Positions 1-11,372 are shown, numbered from the stretch's first letter. The stretch is DNA of 20,126 nt from Promethearchaeota archaeon (GCA_048941015.1 JBHLNZ010000053.1:1-20126), one strand, 5' to 3'. The notes: generated by a model from the sequence alone, not told the origin. Translations and numbers: made by a program.

Positions 1-611
1 AAATAATCTGATGTCTCTTCTGTCCATGATGCTATTTCATATATATAAGTTACTAGTTTAGAAATTAAATAGACTCTAGTTGGATTATCCTCCATTTGGT
101 ATAACTTTTCTAAAAGATTAAATTTTGCAGTTCGAGCTTTTCTTTTTAAATCTTCTATTTTAAATGTTATTTTATAGGCTCTATCGAAATCTATTTCGAT
201 GAGGGTGGCACAATTAATTAATTCTTCAACTGATTGAGCACAGGCACTGCATAATTCTCTAAACTCATCCTTAATGTCTTCATAAAGCTTGAATGGATTC
301 ACTTTTAAGAATCGAGCAAAAAATTCCATTTTATCATTTACAGTATCAATCATCATTAAAATATTGAATCTATCCTCAACTAAAAATGGGAGCGCTCTCT
401 TATCTTTAAATAAAACTTGAACAAATTTCTCTTTTATTCTGTCGCATTTTCTTTCAGATTCAACTACTCCATCGATTTCATCTTTATTCAACTTACCTTC
501 AATAAATTGAGAAACAACATCATGTAAAATAGCTGATCCATTTAATGTTTCTGCTAAAAATTCCTTATTTATTTCATCTAATTCATTTTTCTTCTCTTTA
601 AACAATTTCAT
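1..611 (-). CDS. DUF47 / PhoU-like phosphate transport regulator family protein (3' end runs off window)
   Basis: Not in ORF track. Manual translation from ATG at 611 (in-frame GTG at 620) is open to the window edge: MKLFKEKKNELDEINKEFLAETLNGSAILHDVVSQFIEGKLNKDEIDGVVESERKCDRIKEKFVQVLFKDKRALPFLVEDRFNILMMIDTVNDKMEFF...YEIASWTEETSDY. The E-x-x-C-D-x-I-K and LPF-x-x-EDR...ID-x-V-x-D pattern in an all-helical protein matches DUF47. Confidence 0.75.
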   Translation of the reverse strand, partial: MKLFKEKKNELDEINKEFLAETLNGSAILHDVVSQFIEGKLNKDEIDGVVESERKCDRIKEKFVQVLFKDKRALPFLVEDRFNILMMIDTVNDKMEFFARFLKVNPFKLYEDIKDEFRELCSACAQSVEELINCATLIEIDFDRAYKITFKIEDLKRKARTAKFNLLEKLYQMEDNPTRVYLISKLVTYIYEIASWTEETSDY

Positions 612-804
612 TTTTTTCACATGTAGGTTTGATGAATCAAATCAATATATAAATTCTGATATGATCTTATATTATTTTTTTTAAATAAAAAAGGTAATAC
701 TTCTTTGAATAGCTATAATAATTATTAAATAAAAGATAAAGACTTTTTTTATCTAAAAATTTTATTATCAATAATTAGATATACTGTTTTTTTAATGACT
801 TTAA

Positions 805-1362
805 TTGCCGTCTATAGAAATCTTTTTAGAGGACATTGTATTTGATCCCGAAGTTCAAAATTATTGTAATAATCCTAAGTTTAAATGTCCTAATTATGGT
901 CATTCTTGGGCATGTCCTCCAGAAGCTCCTTATCTTGAAGAAAAAGTTGCTCAATTCCATAAATTTTATTTAATATATTATGATTTCAACTTAAAAGAGT
1001 ATGTTAAGAAAAAGAAAGAACAATATCCTAATCGAAGCGAAGATCGAATAAAAAATTCTTTTTATCATAAGGAATTTGTCAGAGATTACTTAGAGAATGA
1101 AATTTTTGAATTTTTAGATAATCTAAAAGAGCCATATAATGAAAAATTGATTTTATGGGATGGATATTGTCGAGTTTGCAATAAAGAGGGAAAAAATTGT
1201 ACATATGATGATTCTCAACCATGTCGGTTCCCTAATGAAAAAAGATTATCTATGGAAGCAGTAGGAATTAATGTTGATAAAACTGTTAGAAATGTAAAAA
1301 TTCCAATTGAATGGCCTCCTTCAAATCATGCTTATCGTTTTGGATTAATATGTATTAAATAA
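805..1362 (+). CDS. DUF2284 family predicted metal-binding protein
   Basis: Cys motifs CPNYGHSWACPP, GYCRVC, PCRFP and SMEAVGINV are typical of DUF2284. TTG start. Confidence 0.8.
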   Translation: MPSIEIFLEDIVFDPEVQNYCNNPKFKCPNYGHSWACPPEAPYLEEKVAQFHKFYLIYYDFNLKEYVKKKKEQYPNRSEDRIKNSFYHKEFVRDYLENEIFEFLDNLKEPYNEKLILWDGYCRVCNKEGKNCTYDDSQPCRFPNEKRLSMEAVGINVDKTVRNVKIPIEWPPSNHAYRFGLICIK

Positions 1363-1454
1363 ATTCTTGATTTTAAAAAATAACATTAACAAGAAAAAAT
1401 TTATTAATAATAATCTGATGAAGAGATTATTCTAATTTAGTTTTAAATTAAATA

Positions 1455-1940
1455 ATGAAAGATTTAACGATCCTAGAAGTTAATGAAAATGATAAGAAAT
1501 GGATTATACAGTTGATGGAAGATCAATGGGCTTCGACTCGCGTAATTACTCGTGGTAATGTTCATAATACTGAAGAACTTCCTGGCTTGATTGCAGTACA
1601 AAACAATATGCGATTAGGATTGTTAATATATAATATTAAGGATTTTGATTGTGAAATTGTCTCTTTAAATAGTCTGGTAAAAAGAAAGGGGATAGGAAGC
1701 GCGTTAATACAGAGAGTAATAAAAATCGCAACTAAAAGAAGTTGTAAAAGAATTTGGGTTATTACCACAAATGATAATACTGAAGCTTTACGTTTTTATC
1801 AAATGAGGGGTTTTAAAATTAAAGCAGTTTATATTGATGCAGTTAAGAAATCAAGGCAATTAAAACCAGAATTACCATTATTAGGAATAGATAATATTGA
1901 AATTAGAGATGAAATAGAATTAGAAAAAGAATTAAAATAG
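1455..1940 (+). CDS. GNAT family N-acetyltransferase
   Basis: Acetyl-CoA motif A (KRKGIGSALI) and motif B (TTNDNTEALRFYQMRGF). Confidence 0.9.
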   Translation: MKDLTILEVNENDKKWIIQLMEDQWASTRVITRGNVHNTEELPGLIAVQNNMRLGLLIYNIKDFDCEIVSLNSLVKRKGIGSALIQRVIKIATKRSCKRIWVITTNDNTEALRFYQMRGFKIKAVYIDAVKKSRQLKPELPLLGIDNIEIRDEIELEKELK

Positions 1941-1960
1941 GGTATAAAATAAAACTTAAT

Positions 1961-3310
<1,350 letters not shown>

Positions 3311-3422
3311 CTAAGAATGTTCCAAAAAAGATTATTCTTGAAGGTTTATAAAATTTTTTAGTAAAGAGATGTAGATTTAGAATGATTTTTATATTAGTAT
3401 TTTCTTCAAGTTAATAGTAAAA

Positions 3423-4343
3423 ATGCTTAGAAAAACGATTCTTTTTGATCTTTCTCATAATGAAATGTTAAATATTGAAGAACAAGAATATTCTAATTTA
3501 TTAAATCTTCTCCAAAGCCTCAATCTAAAAATTAAGAAAAATGAAAGTCGTAACTTAACAAAAAAAGTACTAGAAAATGTGGATATCCTAGTTATCGGTA
3601 ATCCTATAGATGATTATTTTTCAAACATCGAGATTAAGGAAATAGTCGATTTTGTTAGAAATGGGGGATGCATCTTATTAATAAGTGAGTACGGAGCAGA
3701 TTATCTTCAAAAAACAAATCTAAATGATATTTCGGGAATACATTTTGGGATTCATTTTGAAAAAAATCTAATAAAAAGTATTGCTGATGATAATAAAAAT
3801 AGTAACAGTATTCTGAAAATCTATAATTCTTTTAACCATGAAATTACAAGTGGCTTAAGAGAAATCTTTATTGGAGGTTCATGTTCTCTATTTCTAGATA
3901 AAGAAGCTGATCCTCTATTGAAAGTCGATAGAAATAATGTTTGGACAGAGAGTTTTAATGGTTCAGCAAGTACATGGATAAAAGAACAAGACCAAAAACA
4001 AGAACAAATAATTGCTGCTTGTACTGAATTTGGTCAAGGAAAAGTCGTAGCTCTTGGTGATATTGATATTTTTTGTAATGGTACCAATTTTGGTATTAAT
4101 TCTTTTGATAATATGAAATTAATAGAAAACATTCTTAACTGGTTAATAGAACCTGTAAAAAGATCAGATGTAATGAATTTTTTGCTAAATCAATTAGGAG
4201 ATCTTCAAAATAGCATTAAAGAGACAACCATAACCCTGAATAATATTATTGAAACAATGACAATTTTAGAAAAAAGAATAAGTTATTTGGAAGATATTGA
4301 AAAAAATAAATCAAAAGAAAAAGAATCATTACAGGAAAAATAA
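3423..4343 (+). CDS. GIFT-domain (GldG/IFT52-like, DUF4350-type) protein with C-terminal coiled coil
   Basis: ILFDLSHNE, DILVIGNP, FVRNGGCILLISEYG, HEITSGL, GQGKVVALGDIDIF and DNMKLIENILNWL match the class-I-glutamine-amidotransferase-like GIFT fold. The C-terminal ~55 aa are heptad-like. No signal peptide or TM segment is visible. Confidence 0.7.
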   Translation: MLRKTILFDLSHNEMLNIEEQEYSNLLNLLQSLNLKIKKNESRNLTKKVLENVDILVIGNPIDDYFSNIEIKEIVDFVRNGGCILLISEYGADYLQKTNLNDISGIHFGIHFEKNLIKSIADDNKNSNSILKIYNSFNHEITSGLREIFIGGSCSLFLDKEADPLLKVDRNNVWTESFNGSASTWIKEQDQKQEQIIAACTEFGQGKVVALGDIDIFCNGTNFGINSFDNMKLIENILNWLIEPVKRSDVMNFLLNQLGDLQNSIKETTITLNNIIETMTILEKRISYLEDIEKNKSKEKESLQEK

Positions 4344-4350
4344 TTAAACA

Positions 4351-4367
4351 TCTTCTTTTCTTTTTTT
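4351..4367 (+). terminator. Archaeal oligo(T) terminator candidate
   Basis: TCTTCTTTTCTTTTTTT starting 8 nt after the stop of the GIFT-domain gene. Confidence 0.5.
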
Positions 4368-4435
4368 ATACCGAAAGATTAAATTTTTTTCCACTTTTTC
4401 ATAATTATTTTAATGAACTGCAATTACCTAGAATT

Positions 4436-5818
4436 ATGACTTCTTTAACTTCTGATATTGTATTTGAAAAATTTGAAGAGCAAGTAAATAATTATAAACG
4501 ACGAAATCAATATTTCGATTTACTTTATGATTCTATGACTTCTCTTCAAATAAAGAAAACTCGTTCAGCTGAAGACATTTCATATCAAAATAATAAATGT
4601 GGATTTGTTGCAAGGACTTTTCTCGGTTATTGGAAAGAATATGCTTCGAATAATATTTCTGATTTAAAGCTAATTAAAAAGGAAATACCTAATGCTAATA
4701 ATAAAGGGGAATTAATTACAGAGTTCGAAGGATGGAAATTAGATAAGGAGATTAGAACTAAAATTGATCTTTCTAAAATATCTATTGATGAAAAATTACA
4801 AGAAGTTAGAGAAATCTATGATTTTATTCAAAACTATGATAATAAAATTGTTAACACTTCAATTCTGTATAGAGAATTTTTATCAACTAGAATTTTTGTA
4901 AATAATGAAGGGTGTAGATTATCTCAGATTATACCAAGAGTGAGATTATTTATTAAGCCAATTTCTAAAGAAGGTTCAAAAAGAGAATATGATTATTATT
5001 CTATAGGGGGTGAGATAGGATTTGAGATCTTTGATGAAATAAACACAACTATTTTAGAACAAGTAACAAAAAATTCATTAGCTATGTTAGAATCTAAATC
5101 TCCTCCTTCTGGTAAGTATCCTCTCATTTTGGACCCAGATATGACTGGTATAGTAGCACATGAGAGCTTTGGTCATGGATTAGAAGCCGATCAAATAATT
5201 CGAGATAGAAGTTATTTGAAAGATAAAAAGAGTAAAAAAGTTGCATCAGAGATTTGTGTCATTTGTGATAATCCTTCAATTGAGAATGAACTAGGTTCTT
5301 ACTTTTTCGATGATGAGGGAATAAAAGCAGGAAAAAATATACTAGTTGAAAATGGAATTCTTAAAAATTTCATATATGACAGAAGAACTGCTTCCGAACT
5401 GAATGCTATTCCTAAGGGTAATGGAAGAAGAGAGACTTTTGCTCATCCTATTAATGTAAGAATGTCAAATACTTACATTGAACCTGGTGATTATAATCTT
5501 GAAGAAATGATTGCAGAAATTGATTATGGAGTAATGCTAATCCGTGGTGAATTTGGTATGGAAGATCCTATAGGAGGAGGGATGCAATGTACATCAACTA
5601 AAGGATATTTGATTGAAAATGGTGAAAAGACACAATTATTATCTGGTATAACATTAAGTGGTTCAGTCTTAGATTTTTTAAAAAATATTGATGCAATTAG
5701 TAACAATAAATTACAATTTCACGGAGGAACATGTGGAAAAGGGAATGAAGATCTTGTACCAGTTACGAGCGGAGGCTCTTATATTAGAGTGAAAGAAGGA
5801 TTGATTAGCCCGGGGTGA
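4436..5818 (+). CDS. tldD: TldD metalloprotease subunit
   Basis: HESFGHGLEAD (HExxxH) zinc motif, FDDEG, GNGRR, VRMSNTYIEPG, and C-terminal GTCGK...VPVTSGG carrying the Cys ligand. Confidence 0.92.
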   Translation: MTSLTSDIVFEKFEEQVNNYKRRNQYFDLLYDSMTSLQIKKTRSAEDISYQNNKCGFVARTFLGYWKEYASNNISDLKLIKKEIPNANNKGELITEFEGWKLDKEIRTKIDLSKISIDEKLQEVREIYDFIQNYDNKIVNTSILYREFLSTRIFVNNEGCRLSQIIPRVRLFIKPISKEGSKREYDYYSIGGEIGFEIFDEINTTILEQVTKNSLAMLESKSPPSGKYPLILDPDMTGIVAHESFGHGLEADQIIRDRSYLKDKKSKKVASEICVICDNPSIENELGSYFFDDEGIKAGKNILVENGILKNFIYDRRTASELNAIPKGNGRRETFAHPINVRMSNTYIEPGDYNLEEMIAEIDYGVMLIRGEFGMEDPIGGGMQCTSTKGYLIENGEKTQLLSGITLSGSVLDFLKNIDAISNNKLQFHGGTCGKGNEDLVPVTSGGSYIRVKEGLISPG

Positions 5819-5825
5819 TCCAAAG

Positions 5826-7154
5826 GTGGGTGTTAGCTTATTAAATACTATAGAAAATAAATTACACCAGAAGAAGATCGAGCAGTATGAAATTCTTTTG
5901 GTTGAAAATGACATTTTTGAGACTATTTTTAAAAAGAATGAAATCGATAATGAAAGAGAAATTCGTGATTTTGAATATATTATACGAATTCTTAAACAAA
6001 AAGGGAATGGCACAGGAATTGGAATTGTGAAGGGATGTACTAGAGATCCTGAAGAGATTGGAAAAAATATTGATATCTGTATTTCTCTTTCCAATAGTAA
6101 CTTCGGTTCTAAATATGAATTTCCCCATAAAACATCATATTCTAATATTAACATTGCAGATAATAAAATAGTTAAAAATCCAGTAGAAGTTAAAAATGAA
6201 TTATCAAGTGCATTAATTTCGGAGATCCAATGTAAAAAAGACGTTCTACCCACTTTTGGGCGATTTAGAGTCCATAGTAAGAAGAATTTTCTAAGAAATC
6301 ATAACGGACTTGATTTAGAAGCTTTAAAGACATTTATATTTGTTGAATTTTCACTTAAAGCACAAAAAAATAGCAAATTATCAGAATTTTGGTTAACAGA
6401 ATATTATAAAGAAATTTCACATTTCAATATTAAAAAGGAAGTTGAAAAATGGGCAAAAATTGCTAAAGATACCTTAATAGCAAAATTACCAAACCCAAAA
6501 TCGAAAACCGTTATCATTTTCCCTCCTCATGTCTTAAGAGAAGCTATAAATCCTGTAATTGGTTATCACGTATTAGGAAAATCAAACAGTGAAAAAACTA
6601 GCTTGTATAAAATAAGTGATGAGGTTGCTTCGGAAAATTTTACTTTAATAGATGATGGGCTCCTAAAAGGAGGATTCAGGACTAATTCTTTCGACGGTGA
6701 GGGCAATCCTCAGCAAAAAAACATAATTATAAAGGATGGGGTTTTTGAAAGACGCTTATATGATCAAAAATATGCTATTTTAGAAAATAAAATTTCAACT
6801 GGGAACGGAATAAGATCAATAGAAGGGTCTATTTATAATGATGTTTCAAATTTGCAGATAATTCCGGGGGATATCTCTTTAGATGAAATTATTTCTAATA
6901 TTAAAGAAGGATATTATATTGAACGGTTTTCATGGTTAAATCCAGGGGAACTTTCTGGAGATTTCGGAGCAGAAGTAAGGAATGGTTATTATATTAAAAA
7001 TGGACGAATATTGAATCCTATTAAAGGAGGAAATGTCAGCGGAAATGTTTTAAAGATGGTAAAGAATTGTAAATATATATCAAAAGAATGCGAATTTTCT
7101 CTAAATTCCTATTTTCCATACATTTGCTTTACCAATTTGAGTATCTCATCATAA
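5826..7154 (+). CDS. pmbA: PmbA/TldE non-catalytic partner subunit
   Basis: FDGEGNP, IIKDGVF, STGNG, SGDFG and GYYIKNG motifs, with no HExxxH. GTG start follows a 7-nt gap after the tldD stop, with a GGTGA SD overlapping that stop. Confidence 0.88.
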   Translation: MGVSLLNTIENKLHQKKIEQYEILLVENDIFETIFKKNEIDNEREIRDFEYIIRILKQKGNGTGIGIVKGCTRDPEEIGKNIDICISLSNSNFGSKYEFPHKTSYSNINIADNKIVKNPVEVKNELSSALISEIQCKKDVLPTFGRFRVHSKKNFLRNHNGLDLEALKTFIFVEFSLKAQKNSKLSEFWLTEYYKEISHFNIKKEVEKWAKIAKDTLIAKLPNPKSKTVIIFPPHVLREAINPVIGYHVLGKSNSEKTSLYKISDEVASENFTLIDDGLLKGGFRTNSFDGEGNPQQKNIIIKDGVFERRLYDQKYAILENKISTGNGIRSIEGSIYNDVSNLQIIPGDISLDEIISNIKEGYYIERFSWLNPGELSGDFGAEVRNGYYIKNGRILNPIKGGNVSGNVLKMVKNCKYISKECEFSLNSYFPYICFTNLSISS

Positions 7155-7165
7155 TATTAAATAAG

Positions 7166-8692
7166 TTATTTATCATTAGTCTCAATTTCTTTTCCCGGCA
7201 AAGATATACCTGCAGGAGAGATACCCTCTAATTTAGCGTAATCAGCATAGGTTCTTCTATCTACTTCTTTCATATAATTTTGCAATTCTTCATCTATATG
7301 TTTAGGTAATTCATATTCATTATAATTTTGTAATAAATCACTTATCTTTTCTGATGCGATTTTAATAAGATCTTTAGAGCCTTTCTTACGCCAAGTAGTT
7401 CTTCGATTTCTATCCATTAATTGAGGAATAAAAATTTCTTTCTTCATGAACTCGCGAGTATGTTTTTCGCTCAAAAAGGTTGCGCCCTTGATTTTACTTT
7501 TTGTAACATTCTCAATGCTTTGTAAACCAATAGTATCATCATTTACATTTATTCCTTGTAAAGCTCTTTTAATCATCCCTGCTATTTCATTATCGATAAT
7601 GGTTAATTCAAGTGCTCCAGCTAAAGTAGCTTCATAAGTTCCCGCACAAGTTATAAAATTAATACCTGATAATGCTGCAAACATTAAAGTTTGAAATCTC
7701 TCAATACCATTTTGTAGATCTAGGCATTTTGAATCAGTTACACCCCCTAAAGCTCTAGAAGGAATTTTATAGAATTTAGCCAATTGGGCAATTCCCGTTG
7801 TAATTAATCCCGTTTCTATCGAACCTATCGCAGAATTCCCTGTTCGCATGTCAGTTATATGTGATACTGATCCATAAAAAACGGGTGTTTTTGGATTGTA
7901 TATTTGTGCTAATACAATACCACTTAATATTTCAGCATTAGTTTGAGTTAATAATCCTGTAATTGTAACAGGAGCAGAAGTGCCCGCTAAGGCTTCAGGA
8001 GCAATTACAATAGGTTGTTTATATTTCGCAAACACTTCAAGTCCATTAGTCATTATTTTAGGTAAATGAAGTGGGCTTGTAGGATTAAAAATACCAAATA
8101 GTCTTGGGCGTCTTATAATCTCATCTTTTCCTCCAGCAATCATTGCGGTCATTTTAATCGAATCTTCGCTAACAGTTCTTCCAAAACATCCATGGCCATA
8201 AGGTTTATGACTATTTTTTGCCCAATTATAAACACACACCGTATGAATTGTGGTATATTTAACATCACCAGGCCAAAAATCTATTTGTGAACATGAAAGA
8301 TGATCTAATTGATTTACAAGTCTTAATTGCTTAATTGTATCTTCCAAAATTGATTTTCTTATTTGGTTTTTGCAAGATGGATCAAACATTTTTACAGCTG
8401 CTCCGATAGGGGCAAAATGAATACTATTAGTATCTATTTCAATATCATAGGAACCATCTGGACCGAATAGTTTAAAAGAACTTGGAACTTGTTTTAACTT
8501 CTCTATTATAAGCGATTCTGGAATTTTAACAAAATTGTTTTTATTATCAACTTCTGCTCCATATTCATCAAATAATCTTCGAGTATTTTCATCATCAATC
8601 TTAACACCTACTTTCTCAATTAATTTTAAAGTTGATATGTGAATCTGTTCGATCTCATCTTTCGTGAGAACTTTAATTTGATTTAATTTCAT
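7166..8692 (-). CDS. Trimethylamine methyltransferase (MttB) superfamily protein, non-pyrrolysine
   Basis: IHISTLKLIEKVGV, NPTSPL, AGTSAPVTITGLLTQTNAEILSGIVLAQ, DMRTG, GGVTDSK, IIDNEI, FLSEKHT. No in-frame TAG. Confidence 0.9.
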   Translation of the reverse strand: MKLNQIKVLTKDEIEQIHISTLKLIEKVGVKIDDENTRRLFDEYGAEVDNKNNFVKIPESLIIEKLKQVPSSFKLFGPDGSYDIEIDTNSIHFAPIGAAVKMFDPSCKNQIRKSILEDTIKQLRLVNQLDHLSCSQIDFWPGDVKYTTIHTVCVYNWAKNSHKPYGHGCFGRTVSEDSIKMTAMIAGGKDEIIRRPRLFGIFNPTSPLHLPKIMTNGLEVFAKYKQPIVIAPEALAGTSAPVTITGLLTQTNAEILSGIVLAQIYNPKTPVFYGSVSHITDMRTGNSAIGSIETGLITTGIAQLAKFYKIPSRALGGVTDSKCLDLQNGIERFQTLMFAALSGINFITCAGTYEATLAGALELTIIDNEIAGMIKRALQGINVNDDTIGLQSIENVTKSKIKGATFLSEKHTREFMKKEIFIPQLMDRNRRTTWRKKGSKDLIKIASEKISDLLQNYNEYELPKHIDEELQNYMKEVDRRTYADYAKLEGISPAGISLPGKEIETNDK

Positions 8693-8782
8693 TACTCTAA
8701 AAATCCAAGAAATAATTATAATAAAATCTAATATATGTGTAATTATGAAAAATGAGTTTACTATTTTAAAAAATTACTATTT

Positions 8783-10006
8783 TTAATTTGAATCGATTTT
8801 TTCTTTAATTAAATTATAATTTCTTGATCCTAATCCAATCTCTTCGGCAGCTTTAAGTTGGATTTCCCAATGTTTTGATGGTTTGCCTTCTTGGTTTAAA
8901 TCTAAGTCACCTGATTCTGGATCAAATCTAGGAATATATGAGAACCATTCATTAAAACCTTTTTGTGGAAGTCCCTTAACTTTTGAAAGTATAGATTCAG
9001 GAATTACAGAAGATTGGTGAACCAAATCAATACAAGCCTGGTCTAACGCGACTGGATCTGATGACGATAAAATGCCTATATCAGGTACAAAGGGTACATC
9101 TGATGACCCACAATCACATTGCCAAGTAATATCAATTGCATAATTTAAGTAATACATTTTATCTTTACCAAAATATTCTACTACTCCCTTAGCATTATCA
9201 ACCATTTGAATAATGAAAGCTTCTGTGGAGGCATCCCCAGTATCAATTGCTTTTTTGTCGCATATTGATCTACACATATAGCAAAAACCGCATTTATCCC
9301 AATCCTTAATTAATATTTTATCCTTATTTTTTGTTAAAGCTCCTGTAGGACAGATTTTTATGCATTTATCACACTCGGATGAACATTTATCAAGATTATA
9401 ATCAAATTTCTTACTTGTGTGTGCTTGTACTTTCCCTCCTTTACTTACACATCCAATACCTAAATTTTTAATGGCACCCCCAAACCCTGAACCGGAATGG
9501 CCCTTAAAATGGGTTGCTAATATCATATGATCAAATTCTCTTAAACGACCTCCAACTAATATTTCATTAAATAATTTCCCATTTATTTTTTGAATTTCAA
9601 AATCGATACCCTCTGGGCCATCCAACATAATAATCGGAGCTCCCATCGTCTCTTTTGTGAATCCATGTTTCAATGCGACTTCCAAGTATTCCTTTTGACT
9701 TGCACGACCACTATATTCTGTATGTAACCCGGAAATATTTTCTGGTAAACCCCATCCACACGATTCTGCTAAAGATGGTAAACAATCGATTTCTTTTATA
9801 AAGTCACATAAAAATCTTAAATATGAAGGTCTGAGGTATCTAGTATTTTCTAAAGCTCCAAAATGAGTTTTTATTACTACTTTCTGATCTTTTTTAACTT
9901 TATTTTTAATACCAAGTTTTTTTAATGCTAAAGGCCCTTTTATTTTGCTCATGCTTTCTTTATGAGTATGAGATCTTGCAGTAAAGTAATATACATCTGA
10001 TTTCAA
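8783..10006 (-). CDS. DUF362 family Fe-S protein with internal 2x[4Fe-4S] ferredoxin domain
   Basis: VVIKTHFG, THFKGH...FGGAIKNLGIGC, CSSECDKCIKICP, CGFCYMCRSIC, CDC, DIGILSSSDPVALDQAC, AEEIGLGSRNY. TTG start. Confidence 0.88.
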   Translation of the reverse strand: MKSDVYYFTARSHTHKESMSKIKGPLALKKLGIKNKVKKDQKVVIKTHFGALENTRYLRPSYLRFLCDFIKEIDCLPSLAESCGWGLPENISGLHTEYSGRASQKEYLEVALKHGFTKETMGAPIIMLDGPEGIDFEIQKINGKLFNEILVGGRLREFDHMILATHFKGHSGSGFGGAIKNLGIGCVSKGGKVQAHTSKKFDYNLDKCSSECDKCIKICPTGALTKNKDKILIKDWDKCGFCYMCRSICDKKAIDTGDASTEAFIIQMVDNAKGVVEYFGKDKMYYLNYAIDITWQCDCGSSDVPFVPDIGILSSSDPVALDQACIDLVHQSSVIPESILSKVKGLPQKGFNEWFSYIPRFDPESGDLDLNQEGKPSKHWEIQLKAAEEIGLGSRNYNLIKEKIDSN

Positions 10007-10164
10007 ATGCTTTCACTTAAGGATATTTATAATCTCTAATGTTCTATTTCTAAATATTTCATTGATAATAAATTTGAGGTTTGCCATTTATTCATTAATT
10101 ATTTTAACGTTAATTGATTTTAATTATTTAATAGATTTAAAAGAATTAAAGGAAATGATTTCAC

Positions 10165-10392
10165 TTGGCTAGATGTCCAGAATGTGCTGGTAAGATGACC
10201 TACAACCCCAATAATCGACTTATGGTTTGTAATTCATGTGGATTATCGTTAACACGTTATGAGCTTGATCACTATTGGGATAAAGTCCGTAGTGAGAATA
10301 TAACTCCTGATAACGTCCAAAAGGAGAAGAATCGTCGAAAAGAATGGCTGGAATGGTACTCTAAGAGTAAGGAGGAAAAGAAGAATTACTAA
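10165..10392 (+). CDS. Small zinc-ribbon protein (CxxC-x16-CxxC) with charged helical C-terminus
   Basis: CPEC...CNSC, TTG start, C-terminal RRKEWLEWY. Confidence 0.75.
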   Translation: MARCPECAGKMTYNPNNRLMVCNSCGLSLTRYELDHYWDKVRSENITPDNVQKEKNRRKEWLEWYSKSKEEKKNY

Positions 10393-10613
10393 AAAAAGAA
10401 TTTTGTAAGTTTGTTAGCTACTATGTAATAAACAGACTATAAGAATATGTTTAATTAAAATTCTTCTCACTTGGTTCATTTTAAATTAGATATCATTGTC
10501 TAATCTTTAATTTTTTCAATATTTGATTTTATAATAACAAATATAGTGAAATATTATAAAAAAAAAATACTTTATAATATAATTAGGTACTTAGATTTAA
10601 TTTTTGGATTTAT

Positions 10614-11372
10614 ATGGATGAGTTTGTTTTTTTTAATTTACTTATGATTTTTTTTATCGGAGTTGGCATAGGTGTTTTTATTCTTCTTTTTTTTGTGCCC
10701 GCTCCCTATGGACAACATATTCGTAAGGGATGGGGTCCTAATATAAATAATAAACTCGGATGGTTTATTATGGAAATCCCTACAATAATAATTTTTGTAA
10801 TTTATTATCTATTAAGTGAAAGAAAAACTAGTTTTATGTCAATTGTTTTTTTAATTATCTGGTTGGTCCATTATGGTCAAAGAACCTTCATTTTCCCATT
10901 ATTAATTAAAGCTAAACAGCCAATGCCTATTTCAATTATTACTTTTGGCATAATTTTTAATGGAATTAATACTTATCTACAATCTCGCTGGATATATAAA
11001 TTTTCAAAACCCTATTTAATTAATTGGTTTATATCTCCGTTTTTTATAATAGGTATCATAATCTTTTTAATCGGTTTTATTATTAATCTTCATTCAGATT
11101 ATATCATAAGAAATTTGAGAAAATCAGGGGAAACAGACTATAAAATTCCATATGGTGGTATGTATAAATGGGTTAGCTGTCCGAGTTATTTAGGAGAAAT
11201 CACTGAATGGACAGGGTGGGCTATAATGACATGGTCTATACCTGGTTTAATCTTTGCTGGATGGACATTTGCCAACCTAGGTCCGAGAGCACTTTCTCAC
11301 CATAAATGGTATCTCGAAACATTTCCAGACTATCCAAAAAATCGTAAAGCGTTGATTCCATTCATATTTTAA
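10614..11372 (+). CDS. Steroid 5-alpha-reductase family (3-oxo-5-alpha-steroid 4-dehydrogenase, SRD5A1/2-DET2-like) membrane protein
   Basis: Multi-TM protein with APYG, GWFIMEIP, HYGQRTFIFP, INLHSDYIIRNLRK, YKIPYGGMYKWVSCPSYLGEITEWTGWA, ANLGPRALSHHKWY and FPDYPKNRKALIPFIF. Confidence 0.92.
   Translation: MDEFVFFNLLMIFFIGVGIGVFILLFFVPAPYGQHIRKGWGPNINNKLGWFIMEIPTIIIFVIYYLLSERKTSFMSIVFLIIWLVHYGQRTFIFPLLIKAKQPMPISIITFGIIFNGINTYLQSRWIYKFSKPYLINWFISPFFIIGIIIFLIGFIINLHSDYIIRNLRKSGETDYKIPYGGMYKWVSCPSYLGEITEWTGWAIMTWSIPGLIFAGWTFANLGPRALSHHKWYLETFPDYPKNRKALIPFIF

Noticed and set aside
1562-1768. 68-aa minus-strand ORF
   Set aside because: Antisense shadow inside the GNAT gene with no motifs.
5524-6253. 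Minus-strand ORFs 5524-5706, 5711-6253 and 5862-6128
   Set aside because: Antisense shadows of tldD/pmbA with the Phe/Ile/Ser bias expected from reverse-complemented AT-rich codons.
4436-7154. TldD/PmbA as part of a RiPP cluster
   Set aside because: No YcaO, radical SAM, precursor peptide or transporter is adjacent, and the pair is widespread housekeeping.
7446-7637. 63-aa plus-strand ORF
   Set aside because: Antisense within the MttB-family gene.
10013-10087. 24-aa minus-strand ORF (MANLKFIINEIFRNRTLEIINILK) upstream of the DUF362 gene
   Set aside because: No SD, low-complexity AT-driven composition, and it likely overlaps promoter DNA.
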